Source: an uncultured delta proteobacterium
GTDB lineage: Bacteria > Desulfobacterota > RBG-13-43-22
Assembly: GCA_963743305.1 (NCBI GenBank)
Contig: CAVUPH010000018.1
Coordinates: 1-64,000, forward strand
Reading direction: 5' to 3'
DNA length: 64,000 bases
Below are positions 58,874 to 64,000 of this stretch, one piece after another. Position numbers and translations under genes: made by a program. Numbering within the stretch: the stretch's first letter is position 1; the number at the start of each line of letters is the position of its first letter. The notes below the pieces were generated by a model, which made no database searches, was not told the origin of the DNA, and saw only the letters and a program-made list of their open reading frames with translations.

Positions 58874-60856
58874 ATGATTTCCATCGACCGTGTTTCCAAA
58901 TTCTATGGCCGGCAGGACCTGCTGAAAGAGGTTTCCTTTTCCATCAATCCCGGGGACAAAATGGCCCTGGTCGGGGCCAACGGCACGGGGAAAACCACGC
59001 TTTTCAGAATTCTCCTGGGCGAAATCGAGCCGGACAGCGGCCAGGTCCACCTGAAAAAAGGGGTTCGGTTGGGGCATCTTCCTCAGGAGGTGATCCGGGT
59101 AAAGGGAAAAAGGGTCCTGGACCAGGTGATGGAAATGGATCCGGAGCTAAAACGGTACCAAATTGAGTACCGGGAGGTCTCGCGACGGTTGATTGCCGCC
59201 TCTGATCCTGCCGACCAGGAGATTTTGGCCCATAAGCAAAGCCGTTTATTGGAGGAACTGGAACGTCTGGGGGGGTATGATCTGGAGGCCCGGGCCCAAC
59301 AAATCCTGTCCGGTTTGGGCTTCTCGGAGGAACAGTTTCAGGCCCCGGTGGAGACTTTAAGCGGAGGGTGGGTCATGCGGGCGGCCCTGGCCCGGATCCT
59401 GCTGTTGAAGCCCGAGCTGCTCCTTTTGGATGAGCCGACCAATCACCTGGACCTGGATTCGTTATTATGGTTGGAGAATTTTCTTAAAGGGACTTCATCG
59501 GCCCTGCTTTTGATTTCCCACGACCGGGTCTTTATGGATAAAGTGGTCCTGCGGGTCCTCGAGCTGGAAAAGGGGGGTCTGACCTCCTATGCCGGCAATT
59601 ACAGCCGGTACCGGGAAGAAAAAGCCAAGCGCCTCCAGCTTCAAGAGGCCGCCTATTATAATCAGGTAGAGAAGATTCGTCAGATTGAGGACTTTGTCGC
59701 CCGAAACCGGTCCCGAAAAGATCGGGCCAAGCAGGTGCAATCCCGGATTAGGGTTCTGGAGCAAATGGAACGCCTCGAACATCCTCGGGAGGAAAATCAG
59801 GTTTCCTTTCAATTCCAGGAGCCGGTACGGACCGGCAAGGTGGTTTTGGAACTCCAGGGAGTCGGGAAATCGTACGGTGAAAAAATACTCTATCAAGGAG
59901 TTGATCTGACGATCAGCCGGGGAGATTGTGTCGCTTTTCTAGGCCCCAACGGCGCCGGGAAGAGCACGCTGATCAAGATCATGGCCGGGATCGTCCCACC
60001 CGACCAAGGAAAACGGGAACTGGGGCATCATGTCACCCTGGACTATTTTGCCCAGCATCAACTGGACCAGTTGAGAGGCGAGCGAACGGTCTGGCAGGAG
60101 ATCGGCGATGTGGCCGGCGATCGGACCTACGGGGCCTTGCGAAATCAGTTGGCGGCCTTCCTATTCCGGGAGGAGGATGAAATCAAAAAAAAGGTCTCGG
60201 TCCTTTCCGGGGGGGAGAAAAGCCGTCTGGTGATACTCAAGATGCTCCTGGGCGGGGCCAACTTTCTGCTTTTTGACGAACCCACCAACCATCTGGACAT
60301 CCCTTCCCGCGACGTGTTGGAAGAGGCGCTGCGTGCCTTTAACGGGACTATTTGCCTGATTACCCACGACCGGCATCTGATCGATGCCCTGGCCAACCGG
60401 ACGGTGTATATTCGAGACGGGCGGCTGGAAATGTTCCCGGGAAATTACCGGGACTTTGAGCAGATCTGGAAAGGACGAGTGGAATCGAAGGAACCTTCCG
60501 AGGACCCAGATCCCAAAGACCTTTCCCGAGCGGCCGGTTCGAAAAACGGTGCCCCGGGCCGCAAAACGACCCAGGAGAAGCGGCAGGAGGCGGAGCGGCG
60601 CAACGCCCTGTTTAGACAAAAAGCGCCCCTTAAAAAGGAAATCGAAGAGCTGGAAGGGCGGTTAGCCGGGGCCGGCGCCGAGAAAGAAAGACTGGGGGAA
60701 ATCCTGGCCGATCCGGAATTCTACCGCCAGGGGACGGGGATTCAGGAAGCCCAGCAAGGGTATGGACGGCTTCAGAAGGAAATTGAGACCCTGACCGAGC
60801 GTTGGGCGAAAGCCCTCCAACGGTTGGAAGAACTGGAAGCCCAGGCGGTGGACTGA
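58874..60856 (+). CDS. ABC-F family ATPase
   Basis: Two ABC cassettes (GANGTGKTT/LSGGW/DEPTNHLD and GPNGAGKST/LSGGE), no TM segments, C-terminal coiled coil. Confidence 0.93.
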   Translation: MISIDRVSKFYGRQDLLKEVSFSINPGDKMALVGANGTGKTTLFRILLGEIEPDSGQVHLKKGVRLGHLPQEVIRVKGKRVLDQVMEMDPELKRYQIEYREVSRRLIAASDPADQEILAHKQSRLLEELERLGGYDLEARAQQILSGLGFSEEQFQAPVETLSGGWVMRAALARILLLKPELLLLDEPTNHLDLDSLLWLENFLKGTSSALLLISHDRVFMDKVVLRVLELEKGGLTSYAGNYSRYREEKAKRLQLQEAAYYNQVEKIRQIEDFVARNRSRKDRAKQVQSRIRVLEQMERLEHPREENQVSFQFQEPVRTGKVVLELQGVGKSYGEKILYQGVDLTISRGDCVAFLGPNGAGKSTLIKIMAGIVPPDQGKRELGHHVTLDYFAQHQLDQLRGERTVWQEIGDVAGDRTYGALRNQLAAFLFREEDEIKKKVSVLSGGEKSRLVILKMLLGGANFLLFDEPTNHLDIPSRDVLEEALRAFNGTICLITHDRHLIDALANRTVYIRDGRLEMFPGNYRDFEQIWKGRVESKEPSEDPDPKDLSRAAGSKNGAPGRKTTQEKRQEAERRNALFRQKAPLKKEIEELEGRLAGAGAEKERLGEILADPEFYRQGTGIQEAQQGYGRLQKEIETLTERWAKALQRLEELEAQAVD

Positions 60857-60902
60857 TCCGGGCAAGAAATTATCCCTACCACTTTGATGAACAAGTTAGT
60901 AT

Positions 60903-61070
60903 AAATCCGAAATTCGAAGCACGAATTCGACTCGGCTGAGCCTTTCGGTAAACTCAAGGCCCTGAGCTTGTCGAAGGGCTCGTCGCAGGCCGAAATAAGC
61001 ACAAAGGTCCAAAATCCAAATGATCAAAACAAAAACGTTTCGATTTTCGATTTTCGATTTTCGGATTTCC
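60903..61070. repeat. heptamer-repeat element with a nested REP palindrome
   Basis: AAATCCG AAATTCG AAGCACG ... TTTCGAT x3 TTTCGGATTT inverted arms; insert CCTTTCGGTAAACTCAAGGCCCTGAGCTTGTCGAAGGG. Confidence 0.7.
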
Positions 61071-61541
61071 AGCCGAAAATTAAAATATTTTTGGTTAGCC
61101 TTTTCTTTGATACTGCTGCTGCTTCCTGCGTCCACGGTCTGGGGCGTGGATTGGAAATTTTACAGCGCCAATGAATACTTTTTTTGCCTCTATGATCCCG
61201 ATCGGGTGCTCCGTCCGGAACCGGACGTGGTTCACGTCTGGGCCAACTGGATTGCCACCCCGGAAGGAAAAAAATACCGGACCCGGGAAATGGCTCAAAC
61301 GAAAATCCCTAAATCCGCGTTGGAACGCTACGAGTCCACCCGGGTCCGGATGGCCCTCCATTGCGCCGATCGCACCTATCAGCTCTTGTCGATCGCCGAT
61401 TACGATGATCAGCAGCGAGAGATCGGGAATGGATCGCAGGCTTGTTTTTTGGAGGAGTTCGTAACCCGCCAGCCGATTGGAAAGAACTCCAGCGAAGAAG
61501 ACTTGTACAAAATTCTTTGTTCGGGCCAAAAAGGCAAATAG
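61020..61541 (+). CDS. secreted hypothetical protein (surface-adhesin-E-like); start uncertain
   Basis: Signal segment, DWKFY, VHVW, HCADRTY.LL..YD and LYKILC. Confidence 0.55.
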   Translation: MIKTKTFRFSIFDFRISSRKLKYFWLAFSLILLLLPASTVWGVDWKFYSANEYFFCLYDPDRVLRPEPDVVHVWANWIATPEGKKYRTREMAQTKIPKSALERYESTRVRMALHCADRTYQLLSIADYDDQQREIGNGSQACFLEEFVTRQPIGKNSSEEDLYKILCSGQKGK

Positions 61542-61795
61542 CTGGATTCTTACATCCATCGCTCTGAGAATTAGTTGAATCAAAAATTATAAACCAACTG
61601 AAAATTGGCCAATCTGGGATGGGCACCCTGAGGCAGAAAATTTTTACGAAGAATCTCGGCTTTCAGCTCAGGGACGGCCCGGGGGATCCTTCAGGCGTCA
61701 AGGACGGGCGTGAATCCATCAGAATTACAAAAAAGGTTGAGATCGATTCGATTCAAGCGCCGATTGGCTCGGAAGGCTGTTAGGGTATAAGACGC

Positions 61796-61895
61796 TTCGC
61801 CCTTTTGGCGGTTTAATCCCCAGGGGCGTCGGCCAAGGAGGACCAATTCGGGATTGTTCTGCGCTATATTGTACCCACGTAGCCAAAAGGGCGAA
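61796..61895. mobile_element. 100-bp MITE-like element
   Basis: Perfect 14-bp TIR TTCGCCCTTTTGGC/GCCAAAAGGGCGAA, same family as 20884-21203. Confidence 0.7.
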
Positions 61896-61915
61896 CCAGG
61901 GGTATGACCCTCGGG

Positions 61916-62858
61916 TTAGCCTGCGGCCTTTCGGGCCAGGAAAATCCCCAACAGGACCAACAGGCCGCCCAGGACCTGCCAGTGCTCCAGTCCTTCCCGG
62001 AGAAGAACCCAGGCAAACAGGGCGGCCAGAACCGGCTGGAGCAAAAGGGTTACTGAGGAAAAAGAGGCGGGCAGTTGGGCCAGGGAAAAAGTAATCAGGC
62101 CCTGGCCGGCCACATGGGAGATTAAGGCCAGGCCGATCAGGACCAGCCAGCCCTGGAAAGAAAGGGCGAAAAAATTTTCTCCGGATACCCGGGTGACCCA
62201 GAAGGAGCAGGACCATCGAACCGGCGGTGGTCCAATTCATGATGATCGCCGTGGAAAAATCCCGGCGGAGATATTTGATGGATAAAAGATACCCGGCATA
62301 AAATATCGAGGCGATCAGGGCCAGAAGATCTCCCCACACCTGTTCCAGACGGAGTTGGAGGCTTCCGCCCACAATCAGGGTGGCGCCGGCTAGAGCCGAA
62401 AGCATACCGACTAAAAAAACTTTTTTGATTCGATCCTTAAACAGCCACCAGCCGCCTAACGTTACCCAGAGAGGAGCATAATTGACCAGCAGGGTGGCGT
62501 TGGCTACGGAGGTGAGACGCAAGGAGACCATGCCAGAGGATAGGTCACCGGCGAAAAATAAGGCGGCCAGAGACAACCGCAGATAGTCGCTTTACCGGGA
62601 GAGGCCGCCTGTCCGAGACGTTGACGCCCTTGATCACGGATCGTCCAGAGCCAGAGGGCGGGCCAGGCCAGCAGCAGACGCCAGAAGGCCGTGGCCAGAG
62701 GACCGACCTCGCTGATCCGGACAAAAATGGGGGCAAAGGAAATGGCGGCGGCCCCGCCAATGCAGGGCCAGAAGGGGAAGGTGGGGGGTTGTCGGGGTAG
62801 AAGTCGGTGCAATAGAGCTGATGCCGGATATTGGATAAGAAGCGGTTGCAGGGGCCAA
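61916..62858 (-). pseudogene. DMT/EamA transporter, frameshifted; start uncertain
   Basis: AISFAPIFVR, AFWR, TSVANATLL, GQGLI and LLQPVLA across several frames. Confidence 0.8.
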
Positions 62859-62946
62859 TGGCGATTGAAAGCACCAAGCTGGTTAGGCGAGACATCAAGG
62901 CAGGTCAAGAGGGCGCCATTTCAATTGCCAGCGGATACGATCCAGG

Positions 62947-63525
62947 TCATCTGGCGTATAATCCGTAGGGAGAGAAGGGGAGGTCCCGGAATATTTTTTT
63001 TTCCTGGTTAAAGGAGCTTTCCAGGAGGGCGGCGATTCGTTGTTGGTCTTCGGGGGTGCGGCCATAACGCTCCTGCAGATAGCGAAACCGGGTCTCCAGG
63101 TCAACGATTTCGTCGTGCAAGACCCGTTTATCGGCATAATGAACGAGCTCTATTTCGGTTATTCGGTGATTTCGGGATTGCCCCTCATCCAGGTTGACGT
63201 GCTGGGCGACGATTTCGGCGACTTCCGGATAACCGCGGGTCCGTAAAAAATCGGCCCCGATTTCGGTATGTTTTTTTTTGGTTTTCAGACACTCGGTCTT
63301 GGCGATGTCATGGAGGAGCGCCCCGGCTTCCAAAAGGGCCAGATCCAGGGGAGGGTTGGAGGACGGCAAATGGGTCGCCAGGACCTGGGCCACCCGGGCC
63401 ACCTGCAGGCTGTGGTTGCGGATATTGGGGAGCATACCCTGGTCTGCCATCAGGGCCAGGCACTCTTCCCGGGAGGGGACGCGGGGCTTAAGCTCGGATG
63501 AATGGGAGTTAGGGGATAGGGTCAT
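62947..63525 (-). CDS. HD-domain (HDIG-type) protein
   Basis: NHS, GALLHDIAK, QHV and HYADKR. Confidence 0.88.
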   Translation of the reverse strand: MTLSPNSHSSELKPRVPSREECLALMADQGMLPNIRNHSLQVARVAQVLATHLPSSNPPLDLALLEAGALLHDIAKTECLKTKKKHTEIGADFLRTRGYPEVAEIVAQHVNLDEGQSRNHRITEIELVHYADKRVLHDEIVDLETRFRYLQERYGRTPEDQQRIAALLESSFNQEKKIFRDLPFSPYGLYAR

Positions 63526-63573
63526 CGCTCAGGTTCTCTTTTTAGAAATGAATTAGACGAATTCGATCGAACG

Positions 63574-63655
63574 CCCATGCCCTGGGCGGGAACCTCGAAG
63601 CATGAAAATAAAGGGGCAGACATAAGCCTAAGTTTTTGACATTCATAATTATCCA
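63574..63655 (+). repeat. dispersed repeat, copy of about 55746-55830
   Basis: AAGCATGAAAATAAAGGGGCAGACATAAGCCTA. Confidence 0.65.
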
Positions 63656-63705
63656 TTATTAGTTGATTGATGAATGTTCGAGTGGCGCCGGGTTCAATTT
63701 TCGTA

Positions 63706-64000
63706 CTAAACCCTCAACTCCGGCAGGTCCCGGTACAGCTCCAGGGCCTGGGGATTGGCCAGGGCGTCCCGGTTGGTTACGGGTTTGCCGTGGACCACAT
63801 TACGAACCGCCAACTCCACCTTCTTCATATTGATCGTGTAGGGAATGTCGGCCACCGGGATGATCTTGGCCGGTACATGGCGGGGAGAAGTGTTTTCCCG
63901 AATGGTTTTGTTGATCTTTTTAGCCAGGGTCTCATTGAATTCCACTCCGGGGGCCAGTTTGATGAAAAGAATGATGCGGACATCGTTGTCCCAGTCCTGG
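63706..64000 (-). CDS. acetoacetate-CoA ligase, C-terminal part (runs off the window)
   Basis: SPRHVP, DIPYTINMKKVELAV and ALANP. Confidence 0.85.
   Translation of the reverse strand, partial: QDWDNDVRIILFIKLAPGVEFNETLAKKINKTIRENTSPRHVPAKIIPVADIPYTINMKKVELAVRNVVHGKPVTNRDALANPQALELYRDLPELRV

Overview
Chromosomal window from a GC-rich anaerobe. Gene content and synteny suggest Desulfobacterota/Deltaproteobacteria (inference). It carries housekeeping blocks (ispE-tRNA-Gln-prs-rplY-pth, degP, icd, kdsB), glycogen and carbon genes (galT-glgA, glgX-fbaA-ackA), two-component systems, toxin-antitoxin pairs, a small decayed accessory island (about 26.7-30.7 kb) and several families of short intergenic repeats. 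Many frameshifts, mostly in or near homopolymer runs, look like assembly indels. The best signal is absent from or truncated in the ORF track: three small genes whose in-frame UGA is followed by a SECIS-like hairpin with a loop starting G-U. The first is a 40-aa peptide ending C-H-K-U-K-G-U-K-S (56107-55985, minus strand) directly upstream of a radical SAM/SPASM enzyme, a candidate double-selenocysteine RiPP system. The other two are a tandem pair at 9240-9641: an FmdB-type zinc-ribbon protein with a C-terminal Sec, and a small membrane peptide with T-U-M-x4-C. Also notable are a porin/ApbE/thioredoxin-CxxCH-FMN-motif envelope redox cluster and a DUF2889-PHP / DUF169-CoaE fusion cluster. No database search was run; family calls come from motif recognition.
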